NCBI GenBank assembly: GCA_963693095.2
Contig: OY843768.1
Span: 1,472,001 to 1,536,000 of the forward strand
Direction of reading: 5' to 3'
Source of the DNA: Cenarchaeum sp.
GTDB lineage: Archaea > Thermoproteota > Nitrososphaeria > Nitrososphaerales > Nitrosopumilaceae
Length of the DNA: 64,000 bases
This document shows positions 10,480-19,838 of the stretch, in pieces; position 1 is the stretch's first letter; each line of letters opens with the position of its first letter. The notes beneath the pieces are model-generated. The model searched no databases, was not told the origin of the DNA, and was given only the letters and a program-made list of their open reading frames with translations. A program made the position numbers and the translations under genes.

Positions 10480-10668
10480 CTACTTTAGCGCGCGAGCCTT
10501 CTTTTTGACCGCGGTGAGCTCCTCGCGAAGGTGCCTCTTTAGGAGACGCTCGTGCGCCTTTTTGTGGGCGCGGAACGCCTTCATCAGGGTCCTGCTGGAG
10601 CCAGCCCGCTTGGCCGCCGCATTGTACCGCTTGTGTATCGCGGCGACCTGGCCAGTGTAGGTTGCCAT
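10480..10668 (-). CDS. Small basic helical hypothetical protein (62 aa)
   Basis: Clean ORF with an AT-rich promoter-like stretch upstream. K/R/H/A-rich amphipathic sequence. Confidence 0.65.
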   Translation of the reverse strand: MATYTGQVAAIHKRYNAAAKRAGSSRTLMKAFRAHKKAHERLLKRHLREELTAVKKKARALK

Positions 10669-10823
10669 GGATCGCGTGTGGTGTCATTTCGGATAAAAAT
10701 GCAGAATTGACCAAAATCGGCTCTGGGCAAATTAAAGCTGACTTGATTGGTGCGGACGTTCGCGTCGACTGTGGCCGCTGGCAGCACGACACACCAATAT
10801 GCCCACGTGCGCAGGGCCGTCGC

Positions 10824-13325
10824 ATGGCCTATGACTGTCCGGCATGCGGGGACGAGCTCAGCATTCACCGTTCTGCCAACGGCGCGATAGTCACGTGCGA
10901 CGCATGTGGTCTCGAGGAGACCGTCTCGCCGGCAGGCCGCGACGACGAGATATACCTGGAGATCTGCGTTCGCCATGACGAGGGCAAGACAGGCAAGCGA
11001 AAGGACGACTGGCGGGGTCGTGCCGAGGGCGTTGGCGAGGCCAGGGACCACGCCGAGATCGACGCGATGATCGGCGATGCAGACCCGCCTGATGATGTCA
11101 GAAAGGCGCTACACTCGCGGCGCGCATACCTTGCGCAGTACAGGCTGATGGCACAGGAAGACCCTGCGGCCGGAGCCGATGTCGGCTCGTCTGGCATTGA
11201 TGAGCGCATCGCAGGGCGCGTGCGCGAGCGCGGGATAGGGACGTTTTACAAATACCAGTCAGATGCCATGGAGCTCATACTGCGCGGCCGGAGCGTCGTC
11301 ATAGAGGCGCCGACGGCATTTGGCAAGACCGAGGCGTTCCTGATCCCCATTGCGCACCTCGCCGCTGCGATGGAGCGTGGTGCGGTTCGCGCGGTATTTG
11401 TCTATCCCACAAAGGCCCTTGCGCGAGACCAGCTTCCAAAGGTCGCAGCCATCGCAGTGGCAGTCGGCATGCGCGCGGCTATATTTGACGGTGACACCAA
11501 TGATGCCGATCGCAAGGCGATCCTCGCAGACCCGCCTGAGATGCTCATCACCAACTTTGACCTCCTCCACCACCAGATGTTCCGCCACGGGGGACTCGCA
11601 GAGCTCTTGCGCACGGCACGGTTTCTCGTAGTCGATGAGGCCCACGAGTACACTGGCGTGTTCGGCTCCAACGTGCATCACATCATCGCGCGCCTAAAGA
11701 GGCTGACTGGCCCCCTCCAGTGCGTCGCCGCATCGGCCACGCTGAACAACTCGGGGGAGTTTTGCTCTGCGCTCTTTGGCCAAGAGATGGACGCCGTCGT
11801 CGGAAGCGGGCGCCGTGCCGCAGTCGACTTTGCGATCATGGGCTCTGTCAGGGTTCCAAAGCGGCGCCTCATGGTCAGCCTCGCAAAGAGGATGAAGTCG
11901 TCCAAGCGCAAGACGATGATATTTGGCAACTCGCACCGCAACACCGAGCTCGTCGGCGCCGAGGCCAAAAACAGGATAGAGATAGACATACACCGCGGCG
12001 GCATGGACGCCGGACGGCTGCGCGACATTGAGGCGAGGTTTCGCACCGGTGAGCTAGACGCGATCTCGTGCACGTCCACGCTCGAGCTCGGAGTCGACAT
12101 TGGCGATGTCGACTGTGTCATATCCGAGGCGATTCCCTTTAGGAGGTTCATGCAGAGGATGGGCAGGGCGGGCCGCTCAGGCCGGCGCGGGTGCGCATTT
12201 CTTGTCCTCGGAGGCGACCCAATATCGCAGTACTATATGGCGCACCCCGAGGACTATGAGCACGACGAGGAGACGCCCCATATCGACGCCTCAAACGTGT
12301 ACGTCGAGGAGCACCAGACTGCAGCGACAGTCGCAGACAGGCCGCTCACGCGCGAGGAGGAGGCGGCGCGGCAGGGCGCAATAGGGCGCTGCATCGAGGA
12401 CGGCCTCCTCGAGCGAGTAGGCAAGGCGCTCCGCCTCACCGCCACGGGAAGGCGCAAGCTGGAGCGAGAGTACAGCATTCGCGGCATCGGCGGCTCGGTC
12501 ACGATACACATGGGGGGAAGAAAGGTCGGCCACCGCGAGATGCCGATCGCGCTAACGGAGCTGCACACCGATGCGGTGTACATGATGGGCGGCAGGTCAC
12601 ATGTGGTCAAGCGCCTCGGCTACCCGCGCTCGTGGCGCGCCGAGATAGAGCCGCTCCCGCAGGGCACGACGTCGCAGACCAGGGCGATAAGTGAGGACTG
12701 GCCGACGGTAAGGGGCACGATCGAGTCGCGCAGGTGCTTTGGCGCAGAGATCGAGTTCTGCGACCTTGTCATAAAAAAGGTCGTCACCGGATACGCGGTC
12801 CTAGACAGCGCAGATGCCCCAGAGGGCGAGAGGGTCAGCCTGCCAAGACCCCTGTCCTACACGTTTCCCACAAAGGGCATCAGGTTCTGCGCGCCGCTCC
12901 CCAAGACGGCCATGAAGTCAGGTGCTGACTCGGAGGGCATTGTGGCCGGCTCGTACCATGCCGCCGAGCACGTCATCATAGAGGGAAGCCGCATGGTGAC
13001 TGGCGCCTCGCCGACTGACCTTGGCGGCATGTCGATGGGCTCATCGGGGATGATCTACGTGTATGACGGCGCAGTCGGCGGGAGCGGCGCGAGTAGGGCG
13101 CTCTATGACCGCATGGAGCGCGCAGTCGTGCGCGCGCGCAACATTGTCGCCGGATGCCCGTGCGAGACTGTCTCCGGATGCCCACGCTGCACGCTCTCGT
13201 ACAGGTGCGGCAACAACAACCAGTGCCTCCACAAGGCCGGCGCGCTAGAGTCACTCACAAGGATGGCCAGCGGCGAGGAGACGACAGTATTTGACACTGA
13301 CGCGTCTAGCCGGCCCATAGTCTAG
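10824..13325 (+). CDS. DEAD/DEAH-box helicase with C-terminal DUF1998 Zn domain (Hrq1/MrfA family) and N-terminal Zn ribbon
   Basis: CPAC..CDAC, APTAFGKT, YPTKALARDQ, DEAH, SAT, TSTLELGVDIG, QRMGRAGR and C-terminal CPC..GCPRC..C. Confidence 0.92.
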   Translation: MAYDCPACGDELSIHRSANGAIVTCDACGLEETVSPAGRDDEIYLEICVRHDEGKTGKRKDDWRGRAEGVGEARDHAEIDAMIGDADPPDDVRKALHSRRAYLAQYRLMAQEDPAAGADVGSSGIDERIAGRVRERGIGTFYKYQSDAMELILRGRSVVIEAPTAFGKTEAFLIPIAHLAAAMERGAVRAVFVYPTKALARDQLPKVAAIAVAVGMRAAIFDGDTNDADRKAILADPPEMLITNFDLLHHQMFRHGGLAELLRTARFLVVDEAHEYTGVFGSNVHHIIARLKRLTGPLQCVAASATLNNSGEFCSALFGQEMDAVVGSGRRAAVDFAIMGSVRVPKRRLMVSLAKRMKSSKRKTMIFGNSHRNTELVGAEAKNRIEIDIHRGGMDAGRLRDIEARFRTGELDAISCTSTLELGVDIGDVDCVISEAIPFRRFMQRMGRAGRSGRRGCAFLVLGGDPISQYYMAHPEDYEHDEETPHIDASNVYVEEHQTAATVADRPLTREEEAARQGAIGRCIEDGLLERVGKALRLTATGRRKLEREYSIRGIGGSVTIHMGGRKVGHREMPIALTELHTDAVYMMGGRSHVVKRLGYPRSWRAEIEPLPQGTTSQTRAISEDWPTVRGTIESRRCFGAEIEFCDLVIKKVVTGYAVLDSADAPEGERVSLPRPLSYTFPTKGIRFCAPLPKTAMKSGADSEGIVAGSYHAAEHVIIEGSRMVTGASPTDLGGMSMGSSGMIYVYDGAVGGSGASRALYDRMERAVVRARNIVAGCPCETVSGCPRCTLSYRCGNNNQCLHKAGALESLTRMASGEETTVFDTDASSRPIV

Positions 13326-13348
13326 TGTGCTGCGCCCTGTCGTGTGCG

Positions 13349-15589
13349 CTATTGGAGCGCGAGGGGTATCTTTGTCACATAGTCGTCCCCGTCAACTGGC
13401 GAGCGCGTGATGGCCGAGTCAGAGACCGTGTAGAGGCTCTGCCCTATGTAGAGCGACCTCGCAAAGTCAGTGTCCGTGTCATATGTATAGTCGTGGCCGA
13501 GGGACTGCATGAGGTCAAAGCCTGACTGCCCTATCCCGTACACGAGAAACGTGAACGTGCCGGCCTCGTCCTCTGTCGCCGAGAGCGTCTGCTCTATGGG
13601 TAGTCGAAGGTTATTTCCGCTTATCACGGGTATCGACATTATGGCATGCTCGCGCGAGACGAGGAGTGCCTTGTGCTCGTGCTCGGCCTGTGACCATGTC
13701 GCCCACGATCCCAGGACGATCGAGTCAGCCAGGCTCGGCTTCCGGATGTCAGATATGTCAAACATTGCTATCTTTAGGCCCTCCTCGCGGCCGATCCCGA
13801 TCACCGTGGACTCGTCATAAAAGTGCAGATAGTCCGAATAGCCCGGCATCTTTAGCTCTCCGAGTATCTCGGGATCATCGCCGGACAGGTCGATGACAAA
13901 GAACGGGTCTATCTGCCTGAACGTCACGAGGTACAGCCTGTCGCCGACAAAGCGCGCAGAATAGATGCTCTCATCAGGTGCGATCCCCGTGAGCGCGCCG
14001 GTGGGCTCGAGTGCCGAGTCGAGGACAAAGACGTTGTTGAACGTGTTGAGGCGCCCGTTGATCGTCGTCGCCACGCGCAGCTCGCCTGCGCGCTCGTCCA
14101 TCGAGAACTGGTTGAGCATGTGGCCGGGCACCGTCCCGCGCGCGGCGAGCTCAAAGTCCACGCCGTCGACGCCGATGCGGTATATCTCGGTGGCCTCGCT
14201 CGCAAGTCCCAGGTCCGTGGCGATCTTTGCGAGCTCCTGCGTTGCGGCCACGTCAATGCCCGCGCGCGCCGCCGCGCCGCCCCTGGCGTACGACTCGAGA
14301 ATGTCACCGAGGAGCGAGACGACTGCCTCCTCGTCGCCCTCCTCGACGGCATCAAGCCTCAAGGCCAGGTCGTCCCTGTCTGGCTCGTTGAGCAGGTCGA
14401 TTATCGAGCCGAGGAGCTGCGAGACGATATAGAACGCGGCCCACTCGTCGGTCCCGTGCGGCGATGCCGTCAGGTAGAGGCTCGTGTGCGACACGAATGT
14501 CGTGGACCGGGGATCCATGAGGAACGCCACCGAGTTTGCCTCGTCGGAGCCGATGTCAAATGCCATGACTGTGACTAGGTGCGGCGGATAGTCAGCAATC
14601 CCGTCCTCGTCAGCAGGCATGTACACGGGCGTCTTTTGGGCGATCCGGCCGTCAAGAAGGAGGGCCGGCACTGCGGGGTCGTCATAGTTGGGCATCTTTG
14701 AGGCCACGACGTACACGTGCTCGCCGATCATGCGGCCAGTATCTAGCCTGCCGGGGATCGTGAACTCGCGCACGGGCTCGGGAGAGTCCCTGTCAGAGAC
14801 GTCGAGGACGAGGGCGTGGGTCGTATAGTCGTCAATGCCGCCGGCCTGGTTGAACACGGAGAGAAAGTACAGGATGACTAGGCGGTCACCGTTGACGAGC
14901 ATGTCGTACTTTTGGACCAGCGGGGGCAAGTCGAGCTCCACCGTGGTCACGGCCCTGGCTGGGTTTGTCACCTGCGTGTCAACGATGGCTAGCGTGTTGT
15001 GCCTTAGCGCATAGATGTGCCTCCCGTCGCTCTTTACAAAGTCCGGCTCGTCCACGTCGACAACCTGGACGTTTGTAGTCGAGTATTTTGGCGCGGCGAT
15101 GGCAGTCACCTGGGGTGACGGAGCCGACGAGGCAGAAAAGGCAGAGTCAACGTCGGCCATCATTTCAGGGCTCTCAAAACTCCTAAACATGAAATCATCA
15201 TGCAGGTAATAATGTCCAAAGCGCGGTTGCTCATAGGTTGACAGAAACTCCACATACTCGTCAAATGAGAGCCTCACTAGTCCGGCACCGTTGTCTGATG
15301 CTCCCATGGTGGCCGGACGCGAGACGGCGGCCGGATCGCGCGTGGTCGGCTCCTTTGCCGGCGTGGCGGGATCTGCGGGCGGCGGGGTCGGCTCCACGGG
15401 ATCCGTCGGCAGAACAGACGGCATGGCAGGCTCGCCGGCCAAAGGCGGCTCGACGGGGCGCGGCTGCGGCATCGCCGGCGTTGGCTGTGCGATGCCGGGC
15501 GCATCAGAGGCCGCAAGGTAGATCGCCGAGCCGCCGATAACTGCAATTGCCACGAGTGCGGCCGCTAACGCCGGAGCCGTTGAGGCCAT
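13349..15589 (-). CDS. Secreted/membrane-anchored beta-propeller domain protein (Beta_propel family)
   Basis: N-terminal TM, Pro-rich linker, YSTTNVQV.DVDEPDFVKSDG, LNQFSMDE, IYSARF, VTFRQIDPFFVIDLS and LGELKMPGYSDYLH. Confidence 0.9.
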   Translation of the reverse strand: MASTAPALAAALVAIAVIGGSAIYLAASDAPGIAQPTPAMPQPRPVEPPLAGEPAMPSVLPTDPVEPTPPPADPATPAKEPTTRDPAAVSRPATMGASDNGAGLVRLSFDEYVEFLSTYEQPRFGHYYLHDDFMFRSFESPEMMADVDSAFSASSAPSPQVTAIAAPKYSTTNVQVVDVDEPDFVKSDGRHIYALRHNTLAIVDTQVTNPARAVTTVELDLPPLVQKYDMLVNGDRLVILYFLSVFNQAGGIDDYTTHALVLDVSDRDSPEPVREFTIPGRLDTGRMIGEHVYVVASKMPNYDDPAVPALLLDGRIAQKTPVYMPADEDGIADYPPHLVTVMAFDIGSDEANSVAFLMDPRSTTFVSHTSLYLTASPHGTDEWAAFYIVSQLLGSIIDLLNEPDRDDLALRLDAVEEGDEEAVVSLLGDILESYARGGAAARAGIDVAATQELAKIATDLGLASEATEIYRIGVDGVDFELAARGTVPGHMLNQFSMDERAGELRVATTINGRLNTFNNVFVLDSALEPTGALTGIAPDESIYSARFVGDRLYLVTFRQIDPFFVIDLSGDDPEILGELKMPGYSDYLHFYDESTVIGIGREEGLKIAMFDISDIRKPSLADSIVLGSWATWSQAEHEHKALLVSREHAIMSIPVISGNNLRLPIEQTLSATEDEAGTFTFLVYGIGQSGFDLMQSLGHDYTYDTDTDFARSLYIGQSLYTVSDSAITRSPVDGDDYVTKIPLALQ

Positions 15590-15764
15590 GTCGCACTAGA
15601 TCGCCTGAAATCTAATATACTTTATGTAATATCTGCGGCATGGCCGCTGGCCGGCCGACGCACCCTACATATTGAGGCCTGAAGCATGGCGCGTCGGCGG
15701 CGTGTCCGGCCATCGCAAACCTCCTGCAAGTCGTTTCGTGGCAGGACCGCTGCCAATGATAATT

Positions 15765-15839
15765 TGGAGGTGAGAGGGGGAGTCGAACCCCCTTGGATGG
15801 GCTTTGCAGGCCCACGCATAACCGCTCTGCCACCTCACC
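15765..15839 (-). tRNA. tRNA-Cys (GCA)
   Basis: Reverse complement GGTGAGGTGGCAGAGCGGTTATGCGTGGGCCTGCAAAGCCCATCCAAGGGGGTTCGACTCCCCCTCTCACCTCCA folds as a cloverleaf with anticodon GCA, U73 and encoded CCA. No intron seen. Confidence 0.95.
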
Positions 15840-15873
15840 GGAGACCCATGATCCTGACCGGCAATTAAACGCT

Positions 15874-16089
15874 TCAGGCAGTAGGTCTTGCCGAGAGGCG
15901 CACGTCCTCGGCCTTTACCGTCTTGCGCCGCGCGTGGCCGGCGAGCTCGACTGAGCGGCGCGCCATGGCCACGGCATATTCCTCAGTCACGCGTCGGAGC
16001 TCCTCGGCGGACTCGGCGCTCACGCGCTCGGCACCGGCCTTTTTGAGTATGCGGTACATTGGGGAGACCCCAATCTCTCGCGATGCCAT
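15874..16089 (-). CDS. Archaeal histone (HMf-type histone fold)
   Basis: PMYRILKKAGAERVS and AGHARRKTVKAEDV motifs. Confidence 0.93.
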   Translation of the reverse strand: MASREIGVSPMYRILKKAGAERVSAESAEELRRVTEEYAVAMARRSVELAGHARRKTVKAEDVRLSARPTA

Positions 16090-16185
16090 CAAGTCCACTG
16101 CGCGTGTGGCCGATAAAAGGCCGCGGATGAAAAAATATGACGGCGCGCGCGATTATTGCAGACTATTTAGGGCAGCGCGCGCGCC

Positions 16186-16977
16186 ATGGCGCGCATGGGC
16201 GACTGCGGCGGGAGCCTCGCGCAGGAGGTGGCCACGGCGGCCATCTATGACACGCATGTCCACCTAGCCGACGCCGCATACGGCCCGTACGCCCACAGCC
16301 TCGCAGCAAGCATGGATGCGCTCGACATTGCGGCGTTCTGCGTCTCGACTACGGCGGTCGACTCGGCCCTTAGCGCAGAGCTTGCGGCGCGCAGCAGGCG
16401 CATCGTCGCCTTTGCTGGGATACATCCGGACGGTGCCGACGGGGACACCGAGCCCATCACCGGCCTCGTCGAGTCTGGCCGTGTCGGCGGCATCGGCGAG
16501 ATCGGCCTCGATCCGACGGTGACTGACGAGCGCGGGTACAGGCGGCAGCGCGAGGTCTTTGCCTCCATGCTCGCACTCGCCGAGGCCAACGGGCTGCCGG
16601 CATCAATACACTCGCGTCGCTCAGTCGATGACGTTCTTGACACGCTCTCCTCATACAGCGTGCGCGCCGTGCTCCACTGGTTTGACGGCAACAGGCGGCA
16701 GCTCGCGCGCGCCATGGACATGGGCGTCTATGTCTCCTATGGGCCTGTCTGCGTCTATGCGGCCGACAAGCGATCGCTCATCGCGCGCACGAGACCCGAG
16801 ATGCTTCTAGCCGAGACTGACGGGCCGGTGCGCTTTTCGAGGTGCTTTGCGGGGAGGGCCGCACAACCGTGCCACATCCCAAGTGTCGTTCTCTGCATGG
16901 CCCGATCGCGCCGAACGAGCTATGGCGAGATGCGCCGCACGCTCGCGGCCAACTCGCGGCGCTACCTCGGAATATAG
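16186..16977 (+). CDS. tatD: TatD family hydrolase/DNase
   Basis: DTHVHL, GIHP, GEIGLD, IHSR, LHWF and ETDGP motifs. Confidence 0.92.
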   Translation: MARMGDCGGSLAQEVATAAIYDTHVHLADAAYGPYAHSLAASMDALDIAAFCVSTTAVDSALSAELAARSRRIVAFAGIHPDGADGDTEPITGLVESGRVGGIGEIGLDPTVTDERGYRRQREVFASMLALAEANGLPASIHSRRSVDDVLDTLSSYSVRAVLHWFDGNRRQLARAMDMGVYVSYGPVCVYAADKRSLIARTRPEMLLAETDGPVRFSRCFAGRAAQPCHIPSVVLCMARSRRTSYGEMRRTLAANSRRYLGI

Positions 16978-17009
16978 GTATAAAACACCCCGTGCGGCAG
17001 TGCGCATTC

Positions 17010-17432
17010 GTGAACCGGATAAAGCGATACACCGAGCAGGTCTTCGCCGAGCACAAGGCGGAGTTTGGCCTTGACTTTGCCGAGAACCGCAAGGCCCTAA
17101 AGGCCATAGCGATAGTCAGGTCAAAGGAGCTCCAGAACGAGATAGCCGGATACATCACAAGGACACTAAAGCGCGAAAAGCACGAGATGGAGGAGCGCCG
17201 GAGGCGTGCGGCAGCAGACGCCGCCCAGGAGCAGGCCGCCGCGGAGGCAAAGCCTGAGGAGCCCGAGCAGGCAGCCGAGTCGCCAGACGGCAAGGCATTC
17301 GTCGACGGCGGCGCAGTGGTAAAGCAGTCAGACGCCGAGCCCGCCGGGGCAGCCGCGTCTGTGGACGAGGCCGACGCGGAGGCAGCAGAGGCATCTGCGG
17401 TCCTCGGGGCAGCCGACGCCGAGTCGCGCTAG
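17010..17432 (+). CDS. rps17e: 30S ribosomal protein S17e with acidic Ala/Glu-rich C-terminal tail
   Basis: GTG start; NRIKR..F..DF.ENRK....IVRSKELQNEIAGYIT S17e signature. Confidence 0.8.
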   Translation: MNRIKRYTEQVFAEHKAEFGLDFAENRKALKAIAIVRSKELQNEIAGYITRTLKREKHEMEERRRRAAADAAQEQAAAEAKPEEPEQAAESPDGKAFVDGGAVVKQSDAEPAGAAASVDEADAEAAEASAVLGAADAESR

Positions 17433-17444
17433 CGCAGGTTTGCG

Positions 17445-18197
17445 TTGATAACGATCGAGCTCCTAGGCGGTGCGCGCAAGTCATTTCCTGACGGAGCGCC
17501 GCAGATTAGCGGCGATGCGATCGGCCTAGACGAGGCACTAAGGCGCGTCTGCGCGGCCGTTCCAAAGGGTGCGGTCCCGCTTGACCTAAAGAACTCACTC
17601 GTCGCGCTCAACGGGATCGACTCATCAGCCCTGCGCGAGGCGAGTGTGCATGACGGGGACACGATAACGATAATACCCATAGTTCACGGCGGGCAGGTAA
17701 CGCGCGCGACATCAGAGGTTCTTGTCACAAGCCTCGGCCGTGGCGTAAGAGCCGACAGCGAGCTAGTCGACGCGCTGCGCGCCGAGTTTCCTCGCATCGC
17801 CATACAGCTCTTGCGGCGCAAGTTCGTCCTCGGCCAGTCGCACGCAAGGCGCATAGCCGGCGTCTCGATTGCAGCCGCGCGCAGGGGCGCGCTCCTCGCC
17901 AAGAGGATAGAGACGGACATGCTCATGAGGTTTGCCAACACGCACCAGATATCACAGGCGATCAGCCTCGTTGGGGCGAGACGGGGCGAGGGCGCAGTTC
18001 TCGTGGCAGTCGGCTCGCGCTTTCAGCTCGACAGGCTAGAGTCGCACGCCAGGCCGCTCCTGAAAAACCCTGTCGGATATGGCTCCGAGCAGGCACTCCG
18101 GCGCGAGCTTGGCATAACGTCCATGCACATGCGTGCAGTCGACTCGCGCCATGCCCTTGAGGACATACTAGTCGAGCGCGCCGCCGTCCTCCTCTGA
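17445..18197 (+). CDS. Ubiquitin-like ThiS/MoaD domain fused to KEOPS subunit Cgi121
   Basis: N-terminal beta-grasp ending DGDTITIIPIVHGG, followed by Cgi121-like LAKRIETDMLMRFANTHQISQAI..VG and ILVERAA. Confidence 0.8.
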   Translation: MITIELLGGARKSFPDGAPQISGDAIGLDEALRRVCAAVPKGAVPLDLKNSLVALNGIDSSALREASVHDGDTITIIPIVHGGQVTRATSEVLVTSLGRGVRADSELVDALRAEFPRIAIQLLRRKFVLGQSHARRIAGVSIAAARRGALLAKRIETDMLMRFANTHQISQAISLVGARRGEGAVLVAVGSRFQLDRLESHARPLLKNPVGYGSEQALRRELGITSMHMRAVDSRHALEDILVERAAVLL

Positions 18198-18710
18198 GGC
18201 GGCCATCTTTTCGTGCTGCACGCGAAGCACGCCGTCTGGCCTGATGACTGATACTCCGGCGTCCGGACCGAGGATCTCGACGAGGACGACCCAGTCCGGA
18301 TGATCCAGGCACACGCGACGCTCTACTGCGTCGGCTACTGCGGTGATTATGGCGTCTCGCGGCTCGCCCGAGTTGCGCTTTTCGAGCGTAATCCGGTATG
18401 TCTGCGCCTCAGGTATGCGCGAGGCGAGCCGGCCGGCGGCCTCGGCGATATCCTCGGCTCGCGCGCTAGTTGTGACCTGGATCGGCATGACGCGCATGAC
18501 ATACCTGAACTCCCAGGGCTCCTCGGCGAGGCGCGCGCGCAGTGCCGCAATGGCCGCATCAGGGCCAAGCGACGTCTGCGCAGTCAGTATGCCGCGCATG
18601 TCAGTGGGCGAGGCCGACGCTTCGCTGTCACCGCACGCGCCAAGTAGCGAGACGAGCTCGGTGCACGCGTCTTGCTCAAAGTGCCTTGCGCACGTCGCTA
18701 TTAGGTCCAA
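18168..18710 (-). CDS. THUMP domain RNA-binding protein
   Basis: EEPWEFRY..RVMPI, TYRITLEKR and VCLDHPDWVVLVEILG. Confidence 0.88.
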   Translation of the reverse strand: MDLIATCARHFEQDACTELVSLLGACGDSEASASPTDMRGILTAQTSLGPDAAIAALRARLAEEPWEFRYVMRVMPIQVTTSARAEDIAEAAGRLASRIPEAQTYRITLEKRNSGEPRDAIITAVADAVERRVCLDHPDWVVLVEILGPDAGVSVIRPDGVLRVQHEKMAASEEDGGALD

Positions 18711-19309
18711 TGCGCCTCCAGCTCGACGGTGCGCACGGCTCCCTCCCGCAGGACCGTCGGGGGCCGCGAGCCCTCAAGGCGTATGACCGTAGAGGGCACC
18801 GGCCCGTCGCCCACAACGCCACCGTCAACGAGGAGATCAACGCCGTGAGGGCCTATAGAGTCCGGACTGGTCGCCGGGGTGAGACCCGCGACGTTTGCGC
18901 TCGTGCCGACTAGCGGGCCGCATGCCTCAAGAAGCGCAAGTGCGCAGCGCGAGGAGGGCACGCGCACTGCGACCGTGCCGTCATGCAGTCCCATCGTGTC
19001 GCGCAGGCCCAAGTCGGCCAGCGGCAGAACCATCGTGAGTGCGCCGGGCCAAAATGCGTCAGCAAGCCGGCGCGCCAGCGCGTCTGGTGAGGCAATCTCC
19101 CATGCTGACTCGGCCGAGGCGCACAGGATCGGCATGGGTTTTGAGGGATCGCGCGACTTTGCGGCGCACACAGCAGCTATTGCTGCGGCGTTGTGCGGGT
19201 CGCAGCCGATCCCGTACACCGTGTCAGTTGGGAACGCCACGGTTCGCCCGTCACGCACGGCACATGCGGCACTCTCGATTCCGGCCGCATCGCAGCCAAC
19301 GCGCATCAT
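18701..19309 (-). CDS. sua5: L-threonylcarbamoyladenylate synthase (Sua5/YrdC)
   Basis: VAFPTDTVYGIG, KSR..KP, FWPGALT, AVRVP, TSAN, PSTVI and LREGA motifs. Confidence 0.92.
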   Translation of the reverse strand: MMRVGCDAAGIESAACAVRDGRTVAFPTDTVYGIGCDPHNAAAIAAVCAAKSRDPSKPMPILCASAESAWEIASPDALARRLADAFWPGALTMVLPLADLGLRDTMGLHDGTVAVRVPSSRCALALLEACGPLVGTSANVAGLTPATSPDSIGPHGVDLLVDGGVVGDGPVPSTVIRLEGSRPPTVLREGAVRTVELEAHWT

Positions 19310-19469
19310 CGTGTCTGCGGGGCGCACCACGGGGCAATAATAGGCATGTGCGAGCCCCCAATGGCCAGTCACGCGCTGGCATGGGACGCCAGGCTCAGAA
19401 ATGGGCCGCACAGGGCACAATGGGCTCGCAGACATGCGGGGCTATCCACTGCCCCGTGCGGCGCGTCAC

Positions 19470-19757
19470 CTAGAGGCTTAGTCCAAAGCCGCCGGCGAAC
19501 TCGCTGAACGTCCTGTACGCGACGAGGAACTCGCGGCCAGAGTCGCTTATCTTGTATCTGCATGCGCCTGTCGGCGAGCCGCGCTCGAGTAGGCCATGCG
19601 AGACGAGAAGCGAGAGTATGCCCGTGAGGCGCGCGTGGGGGACGTTGGCGTGGCGAGAGATACGCGTGACGGCCAGACCATGCGAGTCAATGACGTCGTC
19701 CCTGGCTGCCGTCAGAATGTCATTGACGATTCGGAGTTGCGTCCTGTGCCCACCCAT
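19470..19757 (-). CDS. Winged helix-turn-helix transcriptional regulator
   Basis: RTQLRIVNDIL..TRISRHANV..LL..YKISDSGREFL pattern of small archaeal wHTH proteins. Confidence 0.8.
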   Translation of the reverse strand: MGGHRTQLRIVNDILTAARDDVIDSHGLAVTRISRHANVPHARLTGILSLLVSHGLLERGSPTGACRYKISDSGREFLVAYRTFSEFAGGFGLSL

Positions 19758-19838
19758 GCCCTAGCGACAGCGTCTCCGGATCGGGCAATATGACACGCCA
19801 TATACCATCCATTGAACCAACAGCACAAAAGTTATTGA

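Noticed and set aside
9623-13325. Complete DISARM or restriction-modification system
   Set aside because: No restriction endonuclease, DrmA, DrmC or SNF2 gene nearby.
15612-15833. ORFs over tRNA-Cys and hairpins downstream of it as an integrated element
   Set aside because: The ORFs overlap the tRNA. No duplicate of the tRNA 3' end or integrase was seen, and the hairpins are plausible by chance at this GC.
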